A stretch of 64,000 bases of DNA from Azolla caroliniana (Eukaryota > Plantae > Polypodiophyta), in the NCBI GenBank assembly GCA_043228905.1, contig JBHGNT010000020.1, positions 7,688,001 through 7,752,000 of the forward strand, written 5' to 3'. The notes beneath the pieces were generated by a model. It had not been told where the DNA came from and did not search any database. It saw only the letters and a list, made by a program, of their open reading frames with translations. The position numbers and the translations under genes were made by a program. Positions 36,947 to 49,088 of the stretch are shown here, piece after piece (position 1 is the first letter of the stretch; the number at the start of each line of letters is the position of its first letter).

Positions 36947-39900
36947 TGTTACCCTTTCCTTTGGGTGAACACCTTCGATAGATCTGCGGCTATCGGTATT
37001 CAAGGGCGTGGTACGTGAAGGCTCGTAACAGAGGCGTCGAGAGAGAGACAGTGCTCAGAGAGAAAACACTAGCGAGGTCTTGATAGGCGTGGGCGGCGCT
37101 AAAATCATAGGTACGAATCAAAGCACAGACACATGGAACAAACTGGGCACAATTCAGATATATTACCGCGACAGAAAAAAGATTATAGAACACGGCCTAC
37201 GGCCGATGACCTTAAAAGATTATCTAGTTACGAGGGACTCAGCTAGTGCTTCCGCCTATATTTTCCTTCTCTCCCCTCCTCTGAGGTACTAGTCCTCGTT
37301 TAAATAACTTTTCCCCTAATACACAACCGAGCCGTCGGTGACCCGTGATACTCGGACTCGGCGTTTGCTAATTTCCTAATTTTACATTTCTGTCCTCTGG
37401 ACAACACCTGGCACGCTTTTGGGATAGGACCTTGTCCGTCGGACCCACGACTTACAAAAATACTAACAATATTACAAAAATTGCCTTTTAGGCGTGATCC
37501 TCGTTTCATTCCTCTTTTAAGATGTTGAGGATGTTTTCGGGATCCGGGGTGGTGGCAGGGTGGTCTGGTTGGACTGTCGGTGCGGGGGGTAGAGTTCGGT
37601 CCGGGGGTGTCATATCTTCTCGGGCGTCCGCCTAAGGTGCAGCCGATTCTTCTGGTGGGAGTGTGGGTTCGAGGGTGCTGATCTCTACTTCGACTGGATC
37701 TGGTACCGTGTGGGTGTCCATGGGATGTCTGTTGGCCGGGGCAAGTTCCTCCTATGCGGTGTCCATGATCTCCTTGCCGGAAGGTTCTTCCTTCTGCTCT
37801 GTGGCCGTTGGAGGGCTGGTTGGGATGGCTGCGAGTCGTTCTCGTTCGAAGGCTTCTGCTTCCAGGCGAAAGAACATTTGACCGTCATTGAAGTCCTCCA
37901 TTATTTGCTCGATTGCCGCGGTGTGAGATTTTGCCAAGGACTGGTAATCCTCGGTTAAATCTGCACGCAGGTTTTGTATGCTGGCTTCGTCCATTTTGTA
38001 GAAGCCGCGGCCCTCCTTCCGTCGGTTCTCGGCGTCGGCGCGTAAAATATGCAATTTGGCAGCTTGGGCTGCCCATTCGTCTCCTGCGCGACTTAATGTT
38101 TCCTCGACCTTTTTGGTAAGGTGTTGGCACTGTTTCTCGATCAATATTCTGATGCATGTCTCATCCATGCCGGGCTGTGCTCGGATGGCTGCTAATTCCT
38201 GTTTTAAGCCGTCGACCTCGGCCTGAAGCTTCTTTGCTCGTAGTTCATAGGTGGCTTGAGTGTTCTTTGCATCCGCGGTTATGAGCTAGATAGCCTGCTC
38301 GTAACGCTTGGTGAGTTCTTCGGTAGCTTTCTCCCGTTCTTTTTGACACGCGGCCCGAACTTGTTCCCGTTCGACGATTCTCTCTTCTTGTAGGGTGAAG
38401 TAGGAATCTGATAATTCGTCTTTTTTCTCCGAAAGTAGCTTGCATTTGATGAAAAACTCGTTAGCCATTTCTTTAAGGGTCGTACGCTGACTCTGCAGCT
38501 CGGCATTCTCCGCGATCATTCTCTCCTCTCGTTGGCGATTTCTTTCCTCCTGCCGATGGTTCTAGTCTTTCGCATTGTCGAGCACGGCCTGTAGGTCTAG
38601 GACCTCCTTCTCTTTCTTTGCCACTGTGGTTGCATATTCCTCCAGCTTGCTTTTGAGTTCGGCTTCTTTGCCCGCGGCTTGCGCTTGTACCTAGCCCAGT
38701 GCTTCGTTCTGCTCGTGTATCCTTTGGTCGGCTTGGGCTCTAATCTCGGCCATCTGCTTGGAAGCTTCTTCTTTTAGGCGAGCCATCGCCTCCTGATGCT
38801 GTTGTTCGTGTCTCTCGGTTCGCCGCTGTTCTTCTTTAAGCTCCGCGCGGTAATCCCGGAGCGGAGGTTCTGTCTGGGTTGACACCTCCTTGGGTGCACG
38901 AGGGGGTGGTATCTCAGTTTTCTCCATGGGCGTGGCCGCCTCGGTTGTTGTGCAGGCATCGACCATTTGTAACGAATCTGTTTGTGTACTGGCCTGCATC
39001 GTCAAGATTGAATTTGTGACGGTGCTTTCATCCATCATTGTTATGCGTGGAGGGGCTGGGAGGGCCTCGGTGGTCGTGGCCGGAAGGCTCAAGGGTTGTT
39101 GTTCCGGCCGGTTTTGCTCCCAGGCTGCCAGCTTCTGTTTCGCAGCGTGCCATAATTCTCTAGCCATCTTAGCCTGTTTTTGGGCTATTTTTATCTTTCG
39201 GGCCATGTCTTTGGCACCCCGCGTAGTGCAATCCAGGTCCCTATATGCCTCGATAAGGGCCGTGTTCAACTCGGGGACCTCCATGAGGAGAGCAGCCTGT
39301 TTTGCCTGCTTCTTTCTCCCGATTTTTTGTAAAGCCCTGTCATCCTGGGGCTCAATTTCACCTACTAGTGAGCGTTGAATCATTTTTGTTTCGGCGTGCT
39401 CTTCCGCCATTCGAGCGGCTGCCGCGACTTGGGCTCTGGCGAGGAAGTCGACCAGCTCGAATGTCGTACCGAGGCGTAGGAGCGCACTAAATTCGTAAGC
39501 CTCCGCAGGGAGGTCTTTATACCTGAGGACTTCATCCTCCGAGATCTGCGTTGTCTGCCCATGCTCCATCTTTCCCTGGTTCAGCGATGCCTCCTCAGGG
39601 ATGATGGCCAGGTTGCTTTGTTTGACAACTAAGGCTTGCTCCTGTTGTGGCTCTTTCTATTCTGCCGAGGATTCGCGGTTGAGTCGTCTTCTCTTGCTCG
39701 GCTGTGTTTGGGGTTTCGGGGCCGGTAGTGTCGTTTCCTCCGCCTGCTTCCTTTTTTGAGATCGTGGTGGTGCTGCTTGCTGTGTGTTGGGGCGTGGGCT
39801 AGGCCCTAGGGAAGTTACCGAGGGGCACGACGTTGGCTGTCGAATGGTGACATCATCTGCCGTGTTGTCCTCCGCGGCTACTTTCTCCTCCTATTCTTGG

Positions 39901-42900
39901 CAGGTCTCGGAAACTGCCTTTTTTTGTTGGGGTTGGGTGGGTGGTGGTGCAGATGCGGGGTTTTGGTCGGCGGCAGGAGGTGAAGGCGATGTGCGCTCCT
40001 CCCATGCTTCGTGGTTGATGGCAACGAATTTCTCTTTCTGCCTTCATGGTGGTGGTGGGGACGTGAGTGTGCGAGGGGAAGGAAGAGAAGAGGGTGGGTA
40101 TAGAACCATCAAAAAGTGGGTAAGAACAGACAACATCTTCTTACCAGACTGAAATGAAGCTAAGGCGGCGCGGAGTCCTTCGCCTGTGATGATTCCCCAA
40201 TCGATTCTGTTTCCTTCATACGTGTTGATGATGATGGCTGCCTTGTTCTGCGGCATGCTCGTTGGGTTCTTATGCGCAAACACATACTCCATTAATATAT
40301 GAGCAATCTCCCCGAAAGCTCTGTTGGGACCGCCATACGTGCGATATGCCTTCCCTGAGGCTGAGCACTCACCGAAGTACGCTTTCATCTTCGATGCCGG
40401 GGGTATGTCGACCTCATGGTCCCCTCCCCGTTGCAGGTCCAAAACAACCCGAAGCACGTTGTTGGTGATGGCTTCGGGACCTATACATTTAGCCACACCT
40501 TGGGCATCTGGGTGCACGGGGGCATCGATGATCTTCAGGTAACCGCCCATTCCTTGTTCCTGGAGCCAGGTGCGGGTTTCTGTTGAAGCGGTAAGAGGCA
40601 TGGTGGAGATGGAGATGGGGTTCGACTATGTGGAAGCGTGAAGAAGAGTGATGAGGCGAGGGCGAGACAGAGGAGGAACAACAGGAAGGGGAAGTTCAGC
40701 AAAGGGGTTATGAGAGCGAAAGAGGGCTTGAGAGCAAGAGCGTTTAGAGCGATGAGAGCGAGACGGGGTTTCTGAGCTTGAGAGCACGGGGTTTCTGAGC
40801 TTGAGAGCAATGGAGATTGGGAGCGATAATGAACTTCTATGTCTGTGCTGCGTTTTGGAAACGGTTTTAGTAACTTACTCCTAAGGTTTTGTGCCTGAAG
40901 CGAATCCTGAAGATTCTGAGTCGTGGGTGCCATAATAAGTGACTAACACCACGTGTCCTGAAGGTGAGTGGGGTGCTTCTAGTGCTTTGCATGTGCTTAA
41001 ATAGTTACTAAATGCGTGGTGGCGAGGGGTGCTCCTAAATTTGTGGATGCCTAGGTGGGTGGTGTAGGTGTAGATAATCGATGGCTAAACTATGGTTAAC
41101 CGTACCTACTACTACTTTTATTAATTTCAAGAAGATGGGTGAGTCCTTATTCAGGGGGACACGTGGCCTCCTCCGTGGTGGTTTCCCGAAACGGGTTGGG
41201 TGGTGTAGTGCCTCGATATGGTCGAAGTCGGAAACCATTGGCCCAACTTTTGACAGTGTCGTCGGCGAGTGTGCCGAGCTGGAACGTCCGGTTGAACTTG
41301 TCGATAATCCAGAATGGACCGGTCCACCGAAATCTTAATTTTCCCGGCATAGACCCGAGTCGTGTTTGAAAAAGAAGAACCGGTTTGCCGATGGTGAGCT
41401 CCTTTTCCAGCCCGTGTCGATGTCGATCCACGAAAGCCTTACGTTGTCGTTGCCGTTGTTCGAGCTGGGCCATACTCTCTATCCTATTTTCGCCGAGTTC
41501 GAGGAGTTGTTCCAGCCGGTATTGCTCGGAGTGGGCCTCGGGGAGCCGTGCTTTGATTTGAACTCGTAGGCTCAGGACTTGGAACTCGACGGGCATTACG
41601 GCTTCTAACCCGAACGCCATTCGAAAGGGGGTTGATTGGATGCTTGTTTTGAAAGTCGTACGATACGCCCACAACGCGCTCTGGAGTTTGTCATCCCAAT
41701 CGGTCCTGTTTTCATTAACGATCTTCTTCAGTATGGTTTGGAGGATTTTATTGGTCGATTCCGCCAAGCTGTTCGCCTGCGGGTAGTATGGTGTGCTTTT
41801 CTTGTGCACCACCGCGTAGTGGTGTGTAAGCTCACGTATTATATGATTGATGAAGTGCCCACCTTGATCACTAACGAGCTCGATTGGGCATCCGTAACGG
41901 CACCAGAGGTGCTCGTACACGAATTTAGCCGTGGATGCCGCCGTGTTGTCTCGGAGTGCCTTAGCCTCGACCCATTTGGTGCAGTAATCCGTGGCAACGA
42001 TAATATACCTATTCCCTATACGGGCCGCGGGTGGTTTGAAAGGGCCTACAAAATCCAAACCCCATTTTTGAAATGGGTCCAACGGAAGAATCGGCTGGTG
42101 TGGCATCCGTGACTGTTCCATTGGTTGCCCCAGTCGTTGGCACAAATCGCACTGCCGGCAAAACTCGTGAGCGTCTTTCTTCGTTGTCGGCCACCACAAT
42201 CCACTTTGCCAAACTTTCCTTGCCGTGGAATCCCTGGCGTAGTGCCCCCCAACTACTCCCTGGTGGGCTTCCTGAAGAACGGCATTCTTCTCGAATTGCC
42301 GAATCGCTCGACGCCATATGCCGTTCGAGCCTTTGTGGTAGAGAATGTTCGAGACGAGGCAAAAATTCCGGCTACGCACTGCTAGGCGTTTTCTCGTGTC
42401 AAGGGGCATGTGCTCGGGAGGTACACTGGTAGTGTGAAATGGGTCATCTCCGTGATCCATTCATCTCCGTTATCATCTGGTATCGTGGTCAGGTTAAATA
42501 GGCTGGCCTCCGGTAGCTCGTCGTACGTTGTTTTCGCCGGTTCGCCTGACTCAAGATGGCTCAAGTAGTCGGCGACGACATGTTGTACCCCGGGTCGATG
42601 CTGAATCTGGAAATCAAACTCTTGTAGTAGGAGCATCCACCGAGCCAACCGTCTGGTGAGGGCTTGTTTATTGACGAGGGCCTCTCGCTTGGTGGTGGAG
42701 TAATTCTTTTCCGCGGTCGAGAGCCGTCGGCTGGCGTAGTACACGGGCCTATACCAATTCGGGGGTGTGCATTGCATCAGGGCACTTCCGATGGCGATGT
42801 CCGAAGCATCTACAAAGACATGAAACGGTTCGGACCAAACCGGAGACTGGACCACTGGGCATGTGACAACATTCTTTTCTGGGTCTAATAGGCCGTGTCC

Positions 42901-45900
42901 TCGATTGACGTCCATTGGAAGGGAAGGCGATGGACTGCCGCGTGTAAAGGTGTCGCGAAATCGGCCAGGTGTCGTATCATTCGGCTGTGCCACCGGATCT
43001 GTCCCAAAAAACGGCTTAGTGCCTTAACGTTCGAGGGTGCGGTGGCGGTCAGGATTGCCTTTACTTTATCCGGGTCCATAGCGATGCCTTCTTGACTAAC
43101 AATGTGGCCGAGAAGGTTGTCGCTGGTGACTAAGAATGCACATTTCGCCGGGTTTAAACTCAATCCAGCTTGGCGACATCGGTCTAGGCAGAGTCATAAT
43201 TGGGTCATGTGTTCCCGTCGATGGCCATACACGGCGAAATCGTCGAGAAAGACTTGCATGAACGCCGGGATGTAGTCATGAAAGATTTCGGTGATGATGC
43301 GCTGGAATGTAGCCGACGCCGTTTTTAGACCGAACATCATTACTTCTGCTACAAAAACACCCCATTCCGTGACGAAAGCGGTTTTCTCCTGATCCTCCGG
43401 GTGCATTCTTATGTGGTTATAGCCGCTGAACCCGTCGAGGAAACTGTAGCATTCGTGGCCGGCTACCGTGTCGAGGACGTTGTCCGTGAATGGGAGAGGG
43501 AAACCGTCGGTGACTGTTGCTGCGTTAAGCTTCCGATAGTCGACGCAGACGCAGATTTTTCCATTCTTCTTTGGGACCACTACGATCGGGCTCAACCACG
43601 TGGCCCGTTTAACAGGGCGAATGAAACCCACTCGGAGTAGTTTGTCGATTTCCTCTTTGACTTTAGCGGCGTAGTTGGGGTTCATCCTGTAGCGCCTCTG
43701 CTGAACCGGCCGAGTATCAGGTAAGATGTGAATTTGATGTTGGTAGTATTGAGGGTCCAGCCCCTTCATATCGGTGTAAGACCAAGCGAAAACATCCTGG
43801 TAGTCGGTGAGCAATCTTACGAGGCATGCCCGTTCTCCGGTTGGTAGATTATTGGCAATTTGTAACGTACGGGGATTCTCGTCCGAACCGAGGTTTATTG
43901 TTTCCAGGGTTGATGCTTTTACTCGTTGTGAAATGGCGAGTTCACGTTCGAAAGCCTCCCGAGCATGACGTAGCTCGGTAACTGTGGTTGGATCTGGTTC
44001 ATCTTGGGGTGGTGACTCCTCCGTGACTTCCTCGTCTTTAGGTGGCTCGATGGTTGGTAAGGCATTGATTTCGAAGAGAGGGATGATCGTGGGATGATCA
44101 TCTAGGAAGTCATCGACCTCCTCATCGGCCAAACCATCAAGCATATGGACCCCTTCCGCGTATAACGGCGAAGTGTTGAGAGCGACGGGAACTCGTTCTT
44201 CAGTGATGATTCAGACTTTTGTCTTGCCTCTTCGGAATGAGATCATGGTGCGTTGCCAATGTTGCTTGATATTTGCTATACGCAACCATGGTCGACCTAG
44301 TAACATTGGGTAGGCGCCTTGTGTCTCCAGTCTTAGCACGACGGCCGAGATCGTGAACATGTGGCCTTCGAGTGTGAAGTTGAGATGGCGGATTAAACCA
44401 ATGGTGTGAACGGAGCGGGTGTCGGCCATCCGAAGCCAAAAGGGGCATGGTTCCCATTGATTCAGGCCGAGGTTGAGACACGTTGACTCGCTAATAACGT
44501 TTACGCCGGATCCGCCGTCGATGATGCATCCGTGCAGGTCTTGTCCCTTAATGATGATTCACACGGCTGGGTTCTGAGAATCCATGAGTGGTGGACCGGT
44601 TCCTGCTTCGGTGAGGTGTACCAGTGGTGTCACGGGCTTAGTATTGGCTTGGAGAGCCGCCAGGGTGTCCCGAAATCTCGGCATGAGTGGTAACAGTTTA
44701 TGTAGGGGCAGCGAGATGCGAGAGTTGGTAAGAACATCCCATCGCTGGTCATCCTCCGACGACGTGGATGGTGCCGAGGTTTGTGGTACTTCACTGGGCC
44801 CGTCTCTCATGTCAGTTTGCATGCGTATGGCATTATTTTTATTGGCCATTCTTTTGCTGCCTGACGGACTTCATCATGGATTTGCCACTAAGTAGTCTGT
44901 GCTTTACTCCGGGTAGTGACCGTTTGAACATCGGCCATGATACTGTTCACCGCGGGTGCCTTGCCACGGTTGGTTGTTGGACATTGCGTGGCGTAGTGGC
45001 CTGGTTGGTTACATTTAAAACATGTCACGTTGGCCGAGCTGCTGGTGTCCGCTCGGTCCGTGTGTGGAAGCTGTTGTTGTTGATTCTCAGTCTCGTTTGG
45101 TGGTGGGTTGTTTCGAGGTGCGTTGGAGTTGCGCTGGTCCTTTTGAGGAGCGTCTCGTCGGCGGTTGTCATTAGGTCTTCTATTGTTGTGTGTGTTGCGG
45201 TTGCTGTTTCGCCGATCAATGCGTGAGTTCCGTCGGTCATACCGGTCATCGCGATCGTCATCATATCGAGCATAATCGTCGTGCCAGTCATCGCGATAAT
45301 GATCACGACGGTCATCACGTCGGTAGTCGTCGTCTCGGCGCCGTCGATCCGGGGATCGCGGTCGGTCGTTATCCTGGTCTCGGTAGACATATCGCTCGTC
45401 CTACCGAGAGTATGTATTTCGTGGCTCGATCTGGCGGACCGGTGCCGCCGTTGTGCGGTTCAACATATTATATTCACACTGCTCGACTGAGTGAGCTCGA
45501 GACTGACAGATTGGACACTGTGGTCGGTGGGGACATTTGAGGGCCAGGTGCCCTGATCCTGAACACGCCGTGCATTGGAGGGCTTGGCGAAAGCGATTGT
45601 CCTCTTGGGGAAGAGCGTTTTGCAAGGATGTCATCGAGAAGGCCGCGCCGTGCTGGGTCCGATCGAGGGCGAGAACCCGCGTTATGACTTGTTCGATAGT
45701 ATGGTTGGCGAAATTTGTAAGTGCGAGAGTCGTTCAGAGAGGCTCTCGTAAAGTGGATAGGAAAGTGTCCGGTATATGTTGTGCCGAGACATCATCGGCC
45801 ACTTGTCTGTAGAGATCCTGGAACCGGATCGTGAACTGCGCGACCGTTTCGTGCGGTTCCTGGCATATAGAGAAGAATTGCCGGGCAATTCCCGTTTAGG

Positions 45901-46923
45901 CACCTCGTGATGAAAAAGTTCAAGGAACTTTGTGCGCATGATTTGGAAAGTGGTGGCCTCTCCTATTTCGAGGCGAGAGTACCATCGTGCGGCCTGTCCA
46001 TCGAGGGAGAGTGTGAACTCGGCAATATTTGAGGCATCGATTTCGGCCGGCGTGAGTGGTTGGCCTGCCACGTGGATATGAAGGCACGGATGTGACTCCG
46101 CGTCTGGTTCGTCGGTGTATCGTGGGTATGGGTACATCATGATGTCGTACTCTGGGTCTTCTGGTAGCACCGGAAAAGGGTTTAGTTCCAGTTGATTGAC
46201 CTCTGGAGGGCTCGACGGGGGTTTTGGTGGTGAATCAACTCGCGATCGAGTGTCCGGTGGCGAGGATTGCACTGGGGAAGCCTCCGATTGCTCGGGAAAG
46301 GATTGGTCAGTGACCGCCGAGTCGGAAGTTCCTTCGACTGGCTTAGGGCGTCGAGCGGGTGGCCGAGACCTCGTGGTGCGAGAGGGCGCCGTAACGGCGG
46401 CTGGTGGTTACCTTCAACGAAGTTCGCTGTGCACTCACAGCTGTAACCGGGCGTGCCAAATTGTGTTACCCTTTCCTTTGGGTGAACACCTTCGATAGAT
46501 CTGTGGCTATCGGTATTCAAGGGCGTGGTACGTGAAGGCTCGTAACAGAGGCGTCGAGAGAGAGACAATGCTTAGAGAGAAAACACTAGGGAGGTCTTGA
46601 TAGGCGTGGGCGGCGCTAAAATCATAGGTACGAATCAAAGCACAGACACATGGAACAAACTGGGCATAATTCAGATATATTACTGCGACAGAAAAAAGAT
46701 TACAGAACACGGCCTACGGCCAGTGACCTTACAAGATTATCTAGTTACGAGGGACTCAGCTAGTGCTTCCGCTTATATTTTCCTTCACTCCCCTCCTCTG
46801 AGGTACTGGTCCTCATTTAAATAACTTTTCCCCTAATACACAGCCTAGCCGTCGATGGCCCGTGATACTCGGACTCGGCGTTTGCTAATTTCCTAATTTT
46901 ACATTTCTGTCCTCTGGACAACA
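36947..46923 (-). mobile_element. Full-length non-chromovirus Ty3/gypsy element G1 (9977 bp) with a 3' accessory ORF; TSD GAAGG
   Basis: 460-bp LTRs at 36947-37406 and 46464-46923; TSD 36942-36946 / 46924-46928; PBS TGGCACGCCCGGT (46446-46458). Gag with 3 CCHC, protease IIDGGSG, RT FLDGFSGY/FLDD, RNase H VDASD (short deletion), integrase KWGLDFVGP...GPF. Multiple stops. Confidence 0.96.
37685..40601 (-). pseudogene. Disrupted accessory ORF (~950 aa) of gypsy G1, downstream of integrase, same strand as pol
   Basis: Fragments 40601-40044, 39569-38691, 38519-38286 and 38168-37752 are colinear with the fragments in G2. Confidence 0.8.
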
Positions 46924-47223
46924 GAAGGCACATTATATATGATGCATGCCCGACTGTGCAAATCGGAAGTAAATGTGGCAGCCGACTCGGCAAGAGAAAT
47001 ATGGCATAAGAGGCTAGGCCACATGAGTGAGAAAGGAATGCACCTACTAGCAGACAAGAAACTTCTACCAGAAGTCAAGGGAGTGCACCTAAAGAAGTGC
47101 GTCGACAGCTTAGTCGGAAAGCAAATAGAGTAGCATTCCACGCAACCATTGAGGAGAAGAGAAGTGCCACTGGAACTAGTACACACGGACGTGTGCTATG
47201 TGGATACTCCATCGCATCGAGGT

Positions 47224-47449
47224 TGTTGAGATACAAGCTCAACATTGGCCGGATTGGCTATGCAAGCCGAGAACCGGATCGGTTGGGATCGATCGGTTAG
47301 GCCGGACTGGTGCATAAACCAGTGCACAGACTGGCGCGCAACCAGAAGCCGTAGCGGTGCGTAAACCGTGAGGCCGTTGGAAAGATATTCCATGTAGGAA
47401 TATATTTTGGGAGTTAATGGAGAGCTCACTTATGAGCATTGAAGTACGT
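47224..47449 (+). mobile_element. Partial LTR E (family of copia I, opposite orientation) inserted in the integrase of C
   Basis: TGTTGAGATACAAGCTCAACATTGGCCGGAT... matches the reverse complement of 63435-63220. It is interrupted at 47450. Confidence 0.85.
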
Positions 47450-48950
47450 TGTCGGGAAGTTTCGCGCACGTGTGTTACTTGGGCGGGACCACAGGGGTCT
47501 TGGACTAGGGAGTACTCAAGGGATAGAGGAGACACGAGGTTTGCTTTATGACAATACTACTTCCCGAACCCATCCCAAGCAAGGTCTCATTGCCCTTTGT
47601 TTTGTGAGGCCGTTGGCTCTCGTTGATCACGACTCGTCGACCTTTCGAGATCACCGGACGAGCCAAGGGACCAAATGGGTACAAGCAAGATGAGCACGCA
47701 AGATGAACGCACAAGGGGACGATAACACAAACATGAATGTCCATACGTCTTTATGAGGAGAGGTGCATGGGCACGCCCGAACGCTCCCTCATTACAAGAC
47801 GTTGAACGTACGAGGAAGACACAAAACACACGCACAAATGCTCATATGCCTTTATGAGGAGGAGAGGTGCATGGGCACGCCCGAAACGCTCCCTCATCAC
47901 AAGACAGCCGAACATACAAGGAAGACACAAGCACACACACCAAATGCTCGTACGCCTTTATGAGGAGGAGAGGTGCATGGGCATGCCCGAACGCTCCCTT
48001 GTCACGAGACGACCGAACGTACAAGGAAGACACAAACACACGCACAAAATGCTCGTACGCCTTTATGAGAAGGAGAGGTGCATGGGCAAGCCCGAAACGG
48101 TCCCTCATCACAAGACGGCGAACATACAAGGAAGACACAACACACACGCACAAATGCTCGTACGTCTTTATGAGGAGGAGAGGTGCATGGGCAAGCCCAA
48201 ACGCTCCCTCGTCACAAGACGGCCGAATGTACAAGAAAGACACAAACACACGCACAAAATGCTCGTCGCCTTTATGAGGAAGAGAGGTGCATGGGCAAGC
48301 CCAAACGGTCCCTCGTCACAAGACGGCCGAACGTACAAGGAAGACACGAATAAAGAAAGAAGGAGAGAAAGAAACACGAATGATATCGACCAAAGAGATA
48401 AATACTCGTTTGATTCCAACGCAAAAGGACCCTTTATAAAATAGGGTTTTGTTTACAATGGGAACTTATAGTTAACCACAAGATCAATCAAAACAAAAAT
48501 ACTAAATGCCCTTAGAGACAAAAGCAAATCCGAAGACAACGAAGATGAACACACGAGCACCACCAAAATGCCAATCCCAACGAACCATGACCACCTAAAT
48601 GGCGAGCACACGGGCTCAGAACGACGAACGGGGCAGAGCAACGTCGAACCAACGAAGTTTGGGCTCACGAGCACTTCGAGTGCCGACGCGAAGAAGACGA
48701 GCACATGGCGATGGGGGGGATGAAGGGGTATGAGATGAAGAGAAGTGGTGAATAAGAAGATGAAGAGCTTCGAAGGAAAATTGGCGATAGTCTCCTCCTC
48801 CCAAAACATCCTCCGGAATGAGCCCCCTTCGACCTCCTTTTATAGGAAAAAAGAAGGGGGGTCGCCAATTTTGTCTTCAATGAAAAAGGAATCAAATTCC
48901 TTAAATCACGTTGCATTGTAAGACTAGATTTGAACCGTGAACCTCTAGCC
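47450..48950 (-). mobile_element. Probable large LTR fragment F of an unidentified family
   Basis: Begins TGTCGGG exactly where LTR E breaks. Minus-strand CCTATAAAAG at ~48837-48846, followed by a pyrimidine-rich leader and a tandem array. Right boundary not resolved. Confidence 0.5.
47737..48347. repeat. Tandem array, ~105-bp unit x ~6
   Basis: Unit starts at 47737, 47838, 47944, 48049, 48154 and 48259 (ATGCTCGTACGCCTTTATGAGGAGGAGAGGTGCATGGGC...). Confidence 0.93.
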
Positions 48951-49088
48951 AATAGTCAATGTGACTATCCACTAGCCCACTAGCTCCCTCTTATATAATA
49001 TATAATCCTATCTTTATAAATTCTTAGTTTGTCTCTCCTCTACATTTTATCTTTCTTCTCTCTTACTTTTTGCACGGGCTTCTATGCA

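Larger units (their letters stand above)
28784..47223 (+). mobile_element. Ty1/copia C (Tnt1/Tork-like), in three pieces: 28784-30371, 36733-36946, 46924-47223; 3' half missing
   Basis: 5' LTR 28784-29342 (TG...CA, with a 42-bp tandem pair), Met-type PBS TGGGTATCAGAGC 29345-29357, gag 29400-30230. Pol reads through the insertion sites: MGDSGE|YKIAG...RAQKEG|TLYMMHARL..WHKRLGHMSEKG...ELVHTDVC. Confidence 0.92.

Noticed and set aside
47766-47885. PBS-like TGGGCACGCCCG in the 105-bp units
   Set aside because: It has an extra G relative to the PBS, is not kept in most units (GGCAAGCCC), and is not adjacent to an LTR end.
47737-48347. CRISPR-like appearance of this array and the 40-bp arrays
   Set aside because: Units are contiguous with no unique spacers, there are no cas genes, and the context is eukaryotic TE.
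48985-49088. Helitron-like termini (TCCTATCTTTATA; GCACGGGC), also CCCGTGCA at ~26235
   Set aside because: No complete hairpin plus CTRR end; the motifs are too short.
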